A stretch of DNA of 64,000 nucleotides from positions 240,032 to 304,031 of the forward strand of contig NMRA01000193.1 in assembly GCA_002633005.1 (NCBI GenBank), in the 5' to 3' direction. The translations under genes and the position numbers were made by a program. The notes under the pieces are model-generated. The model made no database searches and had not been told where the DNA came from. It saw nothing but the letters and a program-made list of their open reading frames with translations. Positions 52,169 to 64,000 of the stretch are shown here, piece by piece; within the stretch, counting starts at the first letter, position 1, and the number at the start of each line of letters is the position of its first letter. Source of the stretch: Phoronis australis (Eukaryota; Animalia; Phoronida).

Positions 52169-55100
52169 TTAAAGTGAACCTCTTCCACGACTCGGCATTT
52201 CATCGGGTGACAGTGGTCTACAGCGGATGTGACTAGGTGGTGCGTCGTCCATAATGTTAGGGTTTGGTTCATTGACACACTCACACCTCTCCATAGACCC
52301 TCTGTTGCGCATGTGATAGGTCGTACCAAATTCCATGTGTCTGGAGTCCGATCTCAAACAGCCTATAATGGACAGTAAACTGCAGGTTCAGCAGCCATAA
52401 AAACAGTTGATCATGCGTCGAAGGTCCAAACCACCACCGGACCATTTCTTTATGTGAACCCTGTGTAAGTATTTGCATAGGTGGATAATATTGTTTTTGT
52501 TGGTCGGTACCATATAATAAGAGAAGCCTCCCGTTTAAAAAGGTTCGTAGGCAGGGGTGGATCCAGAATTTTGAGTTGGGGGTGGCAGGGCAGAGTACTA
52601 GCTAGGATTTTGCCCGTCAGACATTCGCACCCCGTACTGCCAAATGGAATCTGTGAGAATTTATAGGGGCCGAGGCCCCTTGGTTCCCCTCTAAATCCGC
52701 CACTGGTAAGGAGACAACTCTTAGTTAACATTGATTGTGAATGGGACGCGTTTGGAGTTTTACTTCAAACTAAATATTATATTATCTATGATATTTTAAA
52801 AGCTACTAAAAGCCCTGTTTTACTGACTAAAACCGAAAATCGAATTAGGCTTTTATTCTCGTAATATCGGTCTCGTACTATTCCTTACTGTGCTAGGATT
52901 CGTATCCGTTAATAACAAGAACATCAACGATTCAAGTTTATTAGTGTTGGTCAACGCATTCGAAAACGAAGCATGTATGCTTAGCCCGTGACTTGAGTTG
53001 CCGATTCATTCGGCAACAATTCAAGATCGGACGAGTATTGTAGTGGTTTTAAACCTGAAAGGCACTTCGGTTAAGAGTTCATCATTGACAACTATGTAAT
53101 ATACGAAATGTAACTTTAAACTGCTGACTGCGCTACATAGTTAGTACGGTCACATTCTCTGTTTTTATTAGCTTCAGCGAGGCCAAACTACAACCTCAAT
53201 TGGTGACCGACTTCGAAGAGACCCTAGATTCTATAATAAACAATGCAATTAACACCTCTATTTACATTATGCTGAAACTGAAACCCCACTTGTTCTTGTT
53301 ATAAAAAGCTGTTGTAGTAGCGAGTTGTTAACAACTCTAGGTTCACTGCTTGTACCAGAAGGAACAGAAAGAGTTTTTTTTATCTATTTCATAAACAATA
53401 TAAACGGATGTCAAAAATATTTATACTTAACCTGGGAACTCTTTTTAGTAGTGTAAGAAAGAAAACAAGCACAAGTTTCCGGTGAATCCGTCTAACCTCA
53501 TACAAACACACAATGACAAGAGTACATTATAGAAACAATAAACTTACATAAATAGGAATATAACAAGTAAGAGTGTACCGTACTTAACATATTATTGCAC
53601 AAACAAAAATATATAAGAAGAACAATAATTTGCATAGCACCAGAATACTCGAAAGTGTAGTACTTAGTCCTAGGTCGGAGATCTTGCCTGGAGACAGACC
53701 GGGCACTATACGAGTGTGTGTTTCAGAGACAAGATAAAATTTGCAACTCTATTATTCCGGAGCCCTGCTATGGATACACAATTCTTTCGGGGAGTGACAG
53801 CCATCAAAGACGAACGAACAGCGGTTCATAAGGGTCTCGGTAGCGTGTTCCTAATAAAATACGGGCTGCCCGGGCTCATCTGTAGTTCATCAACATTGCT
53901 GAGTGGAGTATTGGGGCAGCTTCCCCACACTGTTGCACGGTAATGGAAGAGTGTTAGAGTAAGTGTATCAAAGAACACGACGACGTGGGAATCAGGCATT
54001 ATTTTCTTACCTCAGCTGATCCAATGCGTTCTTTGAACTTAGCAAAGAGTACGACAGTGTGAGTACCCCAACAAAGTGTGTCGTCAAAATATGCACAAAG
54101 TGTCTTAGCAGATCGATCTAACCTGTTCTAGTACCATGTTATCTAGCTTTACTCGTCATATCAAAAAGTGCGTTCGGGATTCGATTGGATCATCCATTTC
54201 ACCTCGTCTCATGATCCGCAAAATGGGTAGGCGTACAAACCGAGTTCAAGATTTTGCCAGGAATGCATAGCAATTAGGTATACAGTGTGCATATCTACAG
54301 TAGAGTAGGATCTGAAGATCACATTATCATCAGTTTCGAATAAAAACATGATCACACTCATTAGATGGAGGTACTTACCTTTTCGTTCACAAACAACCTG
54401 TGGAGGGATTTCTGGAGCTCCCGGTGGGATATCATCGCTGCTGGGGAACACGAATGTATTAGGCCAGTCACACTTACAAGCAAAAACCTTGTTTTTTGTC
54501 CATTCGTCAAACCTAGCTCTTGTGTTTCCCTCGTGGTCAGTGCAAGCTGCAAAGGAAAGTTGTTTAACTTGAAGCTTCACTCCGTTCCATTTATAGCTTG
54601 AATGTGAAATAAACGAATATGCTAATTAGGCCTGTGCAACTGAACAAAATTACCGTTTACCAGGCAAGACAATGTGCCAGATGTGAAGTTGTGCCTATTT
54701 TCATATTTAGACGCATGCGTCTACATGTGAAACACTAGAGCGATAAATAAAAGGCAAGAACTTTCTAAAAAGCATGTGAATAAATCTTGTGTAACATATC
54801 TATTACAAAACGGTAGTATTGACGCGGTTTCGATTGATGTTTTTAATGAAAAGTACATTGAATGGACAAGAAACTCTAAAAATACACATTACGTACAAGG
54901 GATTGCCACTCGCGGATATAAATGAAGCATGCGCTGATATCTGAAACATCTGAGCAAACACTGAAACGTATAACTACGGATACTGGCCTCAGTCAAGCTA
55001 ATAGGTACTTTGAGTTTAATATTCGGCTGAATCTCGCTGTTCATGTTTCAGTTTTGAAATATCGAGTTTTAAAAACCCCGATAAGGAGTCTGACTTCAAA

Positions 55101-56011
55101 AGTATATTCTAAAAATGGCACATTTTAGTGTTCAACTTCAAGTACCCCCACAAGTACCTCCAAAAGAAAGCGAGAGCATACTTTCGGAAAAGAAGCCCTC
55201 TAAACGGTTGCATAGTTGCCAATCTAGTGACTGAGCGTAGCAACTTCAACATCTTTTTCTCATAAGTATGCTGAATCCTATTTTAGTATGAACAGGTATT
55301 TTATTAAAACTATGACTATTTCAAACCCTATGAACAAACTGATGCCCTGTAACCCTAGCAAATCCTCAAAAGTTCGGAGCAAGCTTGAAAATTCCCAATA
55401 AAGTGTACTAAATCGACAAGGGTGACTAGCGCTTTAAGCGAGTTAATAGATTGATCTGGGGAAACTACGTCCACTTCGGAACTCAGAATCCAGTTTTTGA
55501 CGAAATGTTGAGGTGTTTATTGAATGATACCCAAGGGAAAAGAACTGCAGGGAGACTAATGTAGAACGAGACTGAATAAAATGGTTAAATCTAGAGGTTC
55601 GGATTAAAGGTAAACGTCACCTTCGACAGTCACATCCACACAGTACGCTACTCGCCATATGAAAGTATGAAGTCTTGTGGACAATAACTTTTAAGACCAA
55701 ATGAAGTTCACTTCCCCCGTAGTCAGAATGTATCACGGTACTGAACACAACTTACTTTCTGGACAGCTTGTAAACTCGTAGCAAGACTTCTCTACGTTGT
55801 AATTGTATGTGCAGGAGCTGTACCAGTACAGAAGCTCTGGTTGCATGAAGACACAACTAAAACACAATAAGTAAATCTTCTGTTATTCCTCAACAAGAGC
55901 GAGGGGCGGGGCTCGGAGGCGAGGNAGCGGAAGATAGGGAAGCTATTTACTTGGATACAAAAGGTAAAAGAAAGCGTTGTCAAAGAAGAAGAAGTAGACG
56001 CGACGATTACA

Positions 56012-56044
<33 letters not shown>

Positions 56045-59000
56045 TGGGAATAGATTATTCCGTCCATCATTACGAAAGACACGACAGATACCAACATCAG
56101 AAGTAGACGACATGTTTACATAGTACGCCGTAAATCAATTATTTTCTGTTCCAATAAGCGTCGGTTTTACATTGACTACTGGTGTCTAGTGTGACCTTCG
56201 CCGTCTGCACTGTTGTCAGTAATGTGGAATTGAGAACACTTACTTTCGTATCACAGATTTAGCGACAGATGTTTTGATTGGAGGCGTGGATGTAAGACGA
56301 AACATAGTCACGTTTCGCAGAACATTCAGTATGAAATCTTCGTTTTTTCTAGGTCCAGATATATTGATACCCTTTTGTTATCTTGATTGGTCGAGATAAA
56401 AATTAACTTAAGGGTAAATTAATTCTTAAAGGCGCAAATCAATTAGTAGGGACGTCACTAAATTACTCACGGCATAATTTACGCACATAAGTAATAAATT
56501 TGCGCTGCTAATTGAATTACGCCGTTAAAAGATATTTTGCGTAGAAACTAATTTACGCCGTTTTAAAGTTAAATTAAATTGTGCTTCAAAAATTACTTCA
56601 CGTCGTTAAAAGTTTGTTTGTGCCGTAAATAAGTAATGTACGCCCGCGTAAAAATGAATTTACGCCCTTAAAAGTTAATCTACGCCATACATATGTCGTT
56701 AACAATGATTACTTTGCGCACTTAACTTACGCGCGTAGCGTTAAAAATGTGGCCAACCTTGTGTCTAAAAGGGAAGCTTGACATAAGCCAATATCTGAAA
56801 CATTTGAGAAAAGCATTTTGCTGAAAAAAAATGGCATATGGACCAATGTACACGACTAAACGAAAAATGTTTCTGAGTTCCCAAATAATGTCTTCGTTTA
56901 ATAATCTAGTAGGTGACTTTTAAGAAACTGAGGTTTAAAAACAGACTGTGCTCCCCTATGTTCCTGTATAGAAAATGTGAGTTGCTTTGTCCCGTGTTCT
57001 TTATTTCCAAATGAGTAATAAAACCATCGACAAATGAAATACATCTACTGGCAAAATAACATACATATACTGAAATCAAAATCCGGTTGGAGTTTCGCCG
57101 AACCCTCTCTCCCTCCCAAACACGCGCTACTACTTAAAATGGGACAGTAAACAATAAACCCAATCAAATTCCTTGAAGTTGGTGCGTCATACACTCTGGC
57201 TTGAATTACTAATTTGTTTGCGACTCAGCGCGCATTTCAGAAAGCAGTCCACAAATACACTCATTCCCTGCTCTACTACAGCATAATTCGGTTAATGGCA
57301 TTTCCACACCAGAGCTCCATACCCTGGATACAGGCCTGACATTCCAAGGGAAACATCGTCACGCTGAGCAAGTGAAAACAGCCTCCCGTTCAGTAACGCT
57401 ACGACCTAGCTAAAAAGCAAGACTTCTCGAGATTACGCGAGATATTGCCGTGTATTTCAAATGAGAACACGTGACTTTGACTTGGTTTTAGCTAAGTCAG
57501 TCCTAGCGTAGGTCCTAGCGACTACTGAACGCACGCCAGGCGTACCCGTGAATCACATATCTTTTGTCGCTATTTACAGGCAAGAACCAAACGGAGCTCT
57601 ACATCCGCTAGTTCACTATTTTCTGAGGACATTTCAACCACTGATTATGTGTTACAGGTGCAATAAACCTGTGGTTTTAGTCAAAAACAAATTCAGGGCT
57701 GGGTTGCATAAAAGTTATACGCCGTATAACAACAATGACGTCGCATTATCATGCGCCACGTTTGTTATTGTCGAACAATGCACCTGACGATATGCAACAA
57801 TTAAACTTATCCAGCGGATAATTTTGAAGTTTTATGCAACCCAGCCCATTGACTCGGTCTCATCTTGATCCATACGCAGATTAGAAATTATTCAAGCTTG
57901 AGATGACCTGATAGCCCGTCATGACTTTGCCTTCACCCAGGCTCGTTAAAGTACAAATCCCGAGGTCAAAGCTGATAATATAAGCAGTTCGTTACATGTC
58001 TTAGTAATTCCCAATGCCAACAAGAAGCCCACTCCAGCCTTTCACCCCTTATTTGCATCTCTTAACCAATGCTCCCAGTACCTAAGTGGCAAAGGTCACT
58101 CCGAAGTTTGACGTCATAAGCAGTGCATCGCCAATGAATGATCGGGAAATCCTCCACTGAGAAGTGAAAACAAAAACGACGTTTCGATATCATATTCAAA
58201 TGTCATCCTCAGGTACACATCGCCAGAAATTTGTAACAGTCTTGATCGCTTAGCGCCATGACACTTGCTCACCCTATCCAATCATAAGAACGCCTGATAG
58301 GTCAAAGGTCACGAAGCTTGGACACCAGTCACTAAGCCCGAATCCCGAAGTCGCCAGTGTTGTCTCCAGAGCAATATTGGTCAAGATTACCATCACTAAT
58401 TGGAGACAGGAATTCACAGTCTACAGTCGAGTGGTAGCTGGGTCACCGGGCCACAGCTGTCTATTAACTTGTACACAGATCCAAAGCAACAAGCACTGTT
58501 GACCGTTCAATGAGTGACCATGCGCTTACATTGTCGCGGGCTGCCAATATAATAAATAAGACGAAGGTCAACGTAGTTATTGAAACCCTACAACGGTACC
58601 AACGCATTTACTATTCCCTAATTAGTGTCTGATCAGGCAACAAAATGTGACACAGTAGTGATTATGTTCACCCACCCCGAATAACAATTGCAGAACATTC
58701 AATCACGAAACAAACCACTGAAGTTTTCACGGGTATAATTTTTGTATCACGAAAATACAGTGACTTTTTTGAAGATAACCATAAAATCATCTACTTAGAG
58801 GCGAAAATGTATAATTCTGAATAAATTCCAACTTTTTCCCACTTCCAAAGTATTCATCAGATCATCCCGGAAGGAAAATGGATACAACATTGTTTCTTAC
58901 CGATTTTGGTCTAATCTCTCCTTAATAGGGTGCAAATTCCAAAGCAAGACAAGCAGGCGCTCGGTAACACTTCTCATCACACCACTGTACGTGGGTCCAT

Positions 59001-61624
59001 TTTCTGAACACAAGAGACGTGGAAATCTCGAGCAATAGCATGAAAGTAGGATCAGCAACTCCTGGTTGTTATTTAGGCTATCGGCAAATCCGATGGGCGA
59101 TATGAATTCCATCGCACACTTGTATTAAAAATGAGTTGTGCGCTAAAATATTGGCTTCCGGACGATCGCTGACATAGGCCTGAACGGGGCAAATTTCAAA
59201 CTTCAAGAGACGTGGAAAATTTTTCACCAATTACGCTGATATTTGGCGACAGCCAAACTGTGAAGTTATCTCCCTTCACTTTTACAGTACTGATAAAAAA
59301 TAGTCCGTTCTAGTGTATTTCTTATTATGCAGGGCTGCTGGCAAGATTTAACGCATGCGCAGTAGTGTATGTTACAAATTTCTGGCGAGAAAACAGATAT
59401 TTTGTTTTCTGTCTGACTATTGATCCTGAGGATGATATTTGATTAACATCGAAACGTCGTTGTCATGCTGCACTCTTGCTTCGTTTTTTGTTTTCCACTT
59501 CTTACTTTTAATTTAGCCAAAAATTGATATTATGAATCCTCCACTGTATTGGCATCTGTCTTGTTGATTGACCTGAAACTTTCAGATAATATGCTGTATG
59601 CTTTGTTCTGCAAAACACTGTTCGGGTCGTACTCAAAAGAGTCTACGTTTGCATGAAAAATAGGACTTTCATGATTTTCAAGAAAAAGCTTTAAAGTTTC
59701 ATAAAAAGAAAACGAAACGTAACAACCTTTGATCACGTTATCGATACATTTAGTTTACTATTAATGTACCTTTCGTTTTTGCTAAATTTAATGGCAGATT
59801 AGTAAAATGTGTTAAATCAAATTTTATAGAATGTCTGCTTTCAGAGAATGTAAACGTTTAATGAATCAGATTGTTTTGTGAGATATTTGGCTAAATACTC
59901 AGACCTGCCAATAAGGTCCAACATAACCTTAATGGCGCAGGCAACCTTTTTCCATGTCATTTTGAGCTAAAATAAGGTTGGTTGGTTATCCTACATATTT
60001 TCCACTTAATTACAGTTTTTCGTAATTTTATTAACTACTCGTCTGCTACTGCGGAAGTGATGTTTTAGGAGGCAAGCATTTCGCGCTAATTTCTTTTCAT
60101 ATAGTCTGACTGTGAGAGCTGCCGAGTCAGTCATTGTTCTACCTCGGTTGTGTTAAGTTCCGTCGTACTTTACTAGTCAGTCAACATGCCACACTGTTGC
60201 TGCGTACCGGAATGTACTAATTATCGGCTCACGCGCGCTTTGGGAGTACCTTTGCATCGCTTTCCGATGGATGACACACTTCGCCGTACTTGGCTCCGCG
60301 TTCGTGTGACGAACGCAGCGTTACCCGTCCACGCAACGTACAAAGCAGAGAATTACCGTGTGTGTGGCAAGCACTTTCTGCCCTCCGGGTACGAAAGGGA
60401 TTTATACGCTGAACTGATGAAGGTCCCTGCGAAACAACGCCTGAAGAAGGATGCCATTCCGTCTGTGTTGATTCCCGGCAGTGCCCCGTCGCCACCCCCG
60501 AGAAGTGCGTTTTTGAAGCGAGAAGCCTCGCGAGCTGTGGCCAGTACAGTGACTGGAGCCAGTGGAGGCACTTCATNNNNNNNNNNNNNNNNNNNNNNNN
60601 NNNNNNNNNNNNNNNNNNNNNNNNNNNNNNNNNNNNNNNNNNNNNNNNNNNNNNNNNNNNNNNNNNNNNNNNNNNNNNNNNNNNNNNNNNNNNNNNNNNN
60701 NNNNNNNNNNNNNNNNNNNNNNNNNNNNNNNNNNNNNNNNNNNNNNNNNNNNNNNNNNNNNNNNNNNNNNNNNNNNNNNNNNNNNNNNNNNNNNNNNNNN
60801 NNNNNNNNNNNNNNNNNNNNNNNNNNNNNNNNNNNNNNNNNNNNNNNNNNNNNNNNNNNNNNNNNNNNNNNNNNNNNNNNNNNNNNNNNNNNNNNNNNNN
60901 NNNNNNNNNNNNNNNNNNNNNNNNNNNNNNNNNNNNNNNNNNNNNNNNNNNNNNNNNNNNNNNNNNNNNNNNNNNNNNNNNNNNNNNNNNNNNNNNNNNN
61001 NNNNNNNNNNNNNNNNNNNNNNNNNNNNNNNNNNNNNNNNNNNNNNNNNNNNNNNNNNNNNNNNNNNNNNNNNNNNNNNNNNNNNNNNNNNNNNNNNNNN
61101 NNNNNNNNNNNNNNNNNNNNNNNNNNNNNNNNNNNNNNNNNNNNNNNNNNNNNNNNNNNNNNNNNNNNNNNNNNNNNNNNNNNNNNNNNNNNNNNNNNNN
61201 NNNNNNNNNNNNNNNNNNNNNNNNNNNNNNNNNNNNNNNNNNNNNNNNNNNNNNNNNNNNNNNNNNNNNNNNNNNNNNNNNNNNNNNNNNNNNNNNNNNN
61301 NNNNNNNNNNNNNNNNNNNNNNNNNNNNNNNNNNNNNNNNNNNNNNNNNNNNNNNNNNNNNNNNNNNNNNNNNNNNNNNNNNNNNNNNNNNNNNNNNNNN
61401 NNNNNNNNNNNNNNNNNNCCCCCCCCCCCCCCCCCCCACCAATTTTGCCACTTGTTCGTGCGTATGGTTGAATGTTACCAGGGAACATTTCAACTGTTTT
61501 TGTGGCAAGTGATTCGAAGTTCGTTCCAATAATTTCCTGTACCCAGATAATGTATGACTCACGGTTTATCAGCTTGTACCATAGCTCGACTCGCTAGAAG
61601 TAGAGCTGCTCCAATCCACAGCAT
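52169..61624 (-). CDS. Uncharacterised secreted cysteine-rich protein, copy B (174 aa), paralogue of copy A
   Basis: Exons 61563-61624, 55756-55856, 54379-54546 and 52169-52362 give MLWIGAALLLASRAMVQADKPCVFMQPELLYWYSSCTYNYNVEKSCYEFTSCPETCTDHEGNTRARFDEWTKNKVFACKCDWPNTFVFPSSDDIPPGAPEIPPQVVCERKGCLRSDSRHMEFGTTYHMRNRGSMERCECVNEPNPNIMDDAPPSHIRCRPLSPDEMPSRGRGSL*. The only coding indel versus copy A is 3 nt; all 12 Cys are kept. Confidence 0.85.
52552..52705. mobile_element. MITE with 5-bp TSD in intron 3 of copy B
   Basis: CAGGGGTGGATCCAG...CTAAATCCGCCACTG termini; GTAGG/GTAAG flanks versus a single GTAAT at the empty site in unit A. Confidence 0.8.
57382..57536. mobile_element. Harbinger-type MITE
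   Basis: CGTTCAGTAACGCTA / TAGCGACTACTGAACG inverted ends, CAG flanks, absent in unit A. Confidence 0.6.
57696..57847. mobile_element. Harbinger-type MITE
   Basis: Perfect GGGCTGGGTTGCATAAAA TIRs; absent in unit A. Confidence 0.8.
60186..60576 (+). CDS. THAP (C2CH zinc finger) domain protein, N-terminus only, running into an assembly gap; probably transposon-derived
   Basis: MPHCCCVPEC...LHRFP...W...RVCGKHF...LKKDAIPSV is the complete THAP signature. It lies in an insert (~59670-61550) absent from unit A; gap at 60577-61418. Confidence 0.8.
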
Positions 61625-61708
61625 TTTGACGACGACAAAACAGACTAACGACAAGAACACGACCAATTGCAAGATACGGCTGTAACTGTGTAATGTTGGA
61701 AGTATTTC

Positions 61709-61717
61709 TTATATATA
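61709..61717 (-). promoter_or_regulatory. TATA box of Cys-rich gene copy B
   Basis: TATATATAA about 85 nt upstream of the ATG, aligning with the copy A TATA. Confidence 0.7.
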
Positions 61718-61724
61718 CAACAAC

Positions 61725-62146
61725 TGCTGTACGTGAACTTGGAATCCTGCTTAATCTCAAGATTAAGCAGTAGTGAGTGTTGTGTGAACTTGGAATACGT
61801 GAGGCAACTTGACAAGTTCGCTCAAATAATCACGTTAATGGTCATAAAAATTTGCACTGCACTAAATCAAGCTACATTTGAATAAAATAATGTCAATTTT
61901 AACCAACCTTTTCAACTACGGGCGATCAGTTTCACCAAACAATAATCGATTTAGCCATTCACATATTCCTCCGGTTCAGCGACACAAGTTACGGTAAAGG
62001 AGAAAACGGTTGATCGCCAGGCCAATAATTACACAATTTTTTTCTCCGAACAAAAATTTCACCTTTTTGCCTTAAAGAATTTTCAATTCCTTGTTCACGC
62101 ATACGCGATCTTGAGATTAAGCAGGATTCCAAGTTCACGCACAGCA
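61725..62146. mobile_element. MITE inserted next to the TATA box of copy B
   Basis: 39-bp near-perfect TIRs (TGCTGTACGTGAACTTGGAATCCTGCTTAATCTCAAGAT); TATACAAC duplicated on both sides; absent in unit A. Confidence 0.88.
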
Positions 62147-64000
62147 TATACAACCCTGGGAATCACTTAACAAGAAACAGAAGCCTGACATAGGTTACTG
62201 GGGCATATTTTGCCGCCACATTGCGTCACAGCTACGACTATTTGGAAGCGGTAACAGCGGAAGATATGCAAAGAGTTGTAAACATCCTTAACGGTATTCA
62301 ATATCATACTGCGAAGTCTCACCAAACCTGCGTGTTGACTTAAATAACATAAGTACCTACTTCACCACATATTTTACGCTTTAGTTATGTTGTTTCGCTA
62401 ATGCCTCGTGGAACTTAATAAGAATTTCTACAGAACTAATAACATCGTTGCCCTCAAATTTGTCCAAACCACGGTGCACCTCTCCGCGCTACTGGCAATC
62501 AGTTCTGTATGTCCGCTTTGGAAGTTCGGGGCATTTTTGTTAGGGATGCAAAAGTTCTCGGTTTTTGCAGCATGTGTCGTCTGCAGGAGCCTGAAATCAG
62601 GAAATACGTAAACAACTCCGGGAAAATCCGAGAAAGCTTGGCATACACAGATACTGTACACTGTGTAACTATAATATCTTTGACAGAGTTCCAAAGGAAA
62701 TTATGAACACCTTTAAAGAACTATTTTTCCGCTACCGCTATCATTCTCCGCTAAAGTGCGCACTTGGAAAAATATTAAAACATCGAAACTGGTGTTACTG
62801 CAAAATTATTGGAATAGAACTGTCCAAGCAAAGCAGCAGAATTGCACCTAACGGTTGCTGGACTGGCGAAGCCGAAGGTAGGGCCCTACCGACTTGAGAA
62901 ACGAAGCCGCAATATTCACGCCCCGATGACCTAAATGCATAGCCAAGTGCCATTTTTAGTTATTTAAAGAAATTTGCAAAATTGGGTTCTTGATAAGGTT
63001 GTAGTACACACTACACTTTTTTGCTATTCTGTTTTGTAACATTTCGATTCGATACTTCTAGTCATGCATTGATGGAATGACATCATGTCCAAATGGCAAA
63101 TTCTTCATTTTGTCATATTGTTACAAGAGAAAATTGCATTTTATTGTTGAGTCCCCATGGCGCACAACGCAAAAATCAGGTTGTTCATACTATACAACAA
63201 TACACTTTGATCGCAATTCGAATCATAAAACATAAAGACGTATAAATGATAGCAAAGTACAATACGCATACTTGTTCTATGTTGACTACTCAAGGTATTC
63301 ACAACTCACAACTCCTCTGCCCTTTTGGCTCTGTTCTGAGTTTGGTGACAGATTACTGATGACTTAGCCAGAGCCCTTCTCTGTCTAAAAAAATCTACGT
63401 CAGCGTATCAACTGGTCAGCATCTAAACACGAGCGCACTTCGTGTACAATGTCCCCTGCAACACTTACTGGGGTGGTTTCCCTAGCGAAATGGGTTTATT
63501 TGCAGTTCAAATGAGTCTCCATGTTTTTCGTTTGACCGGATGGGGGCAACGTGATGCTGTATTTCGCTGGAGTACGTAGAACAAATAGTTTTGCGTTTGT
63601 GCAATACTGCCTTCACACTTTTATATCCAAATAATTTTACAGCTTTGTGCTTTCGTTTTCAGAAATGCATTCTCAAGTGTTTGTTTTTACACCACATTCT
63701 GTCATTGTTTTGTGAGTCTTTTGCAGGCCCAAGACACATGTTTTTTATTTGTTCATTATGCGACTGGTGGAAAATGTCTACAGTCAAGTGACCTAATTAT
63801 CGGACGTTTTGGCACATTTTGCATTATATTTAATTGAAAATACTACGGACTGTTGTAAATTCTTTGCTGAAATAAAGGCTTACCTTCACGGAATTGTTGT
63901 GTTACTATATCTTGTCACCGAAAGCCACATTTATGTTCCGACTGATCTTTAAAAAACACAACTAGCAAACCTTCGGAGAACCTAAATATCGGACACCGTG

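Larger units (their letters stand above)
51395..63214. repeat. Tandem segmental duplication, unit B
   Basis: Direct, diverged copy of ~35033-48488 with different TE insertions. Confidence 0.93.

Noticed and set aside
54010-54310. Additional exon of the Cys-rich gene (acceptor at ~54311, donor at ~54010)
   Set aside because: It hits a stop within a few codons, at different positions in A and B, and the region has indels; at most a minor isoform.
60229-61562. Long ORFs of 316-448 aa in the ORF track
   Set aside because: Their length comes from the N gap; only the + strand THAP N-terminus is supported.
35033-63214. Units A and B as two haplotypes assembled in tandem
   Set aside because: Divergence, an inversion and many distinct old TE insertions look too extensive for alleles, and the spacer between the units has no gap; long reads would settle it.

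Overview
Eukaryotic (animal, probably mollusc/lophotrochozoan - inference) genomic DNA, AT-rich, with two N gaps. The left half holds two intron-rich housekeeping genes on the minus strand: the 5' part of EIF6 (4 coding exons, the rest lies beyond the left edge) and a complete 15-coding-exon CNOT10 (684 aa by my splice). The right half is a ~12-13 kb tandem segmental duplication (~35033-48488 and ~51395-63214). Each copy carries an intact 4-exon gene, which the ORF track shows only as fragments, for a small secreted 174-175 aa protein with 12 Cys in three exon-encoded 4-Cys modules; two modules resemble fibronectin type-I / half-VWC modules. The paralogues differ mainly in inter-cysteine loops, while part of intron 2 is almost identical. 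They also differ by an Academ transposon, a THAP-encoding insert, a MITE next to the TATA box and a small inversion. Both carry inverted hammerhead-ribozyme-like motifs in intron 1. Elsewhere there are tRNA-derived SINEs, several DNA elements with 5-bp TSDs, Harbinger-type MITEs, an L1/Tx1 fragment and a 32-bp minisatellite. All coordinates were read by hand; no searches were run.
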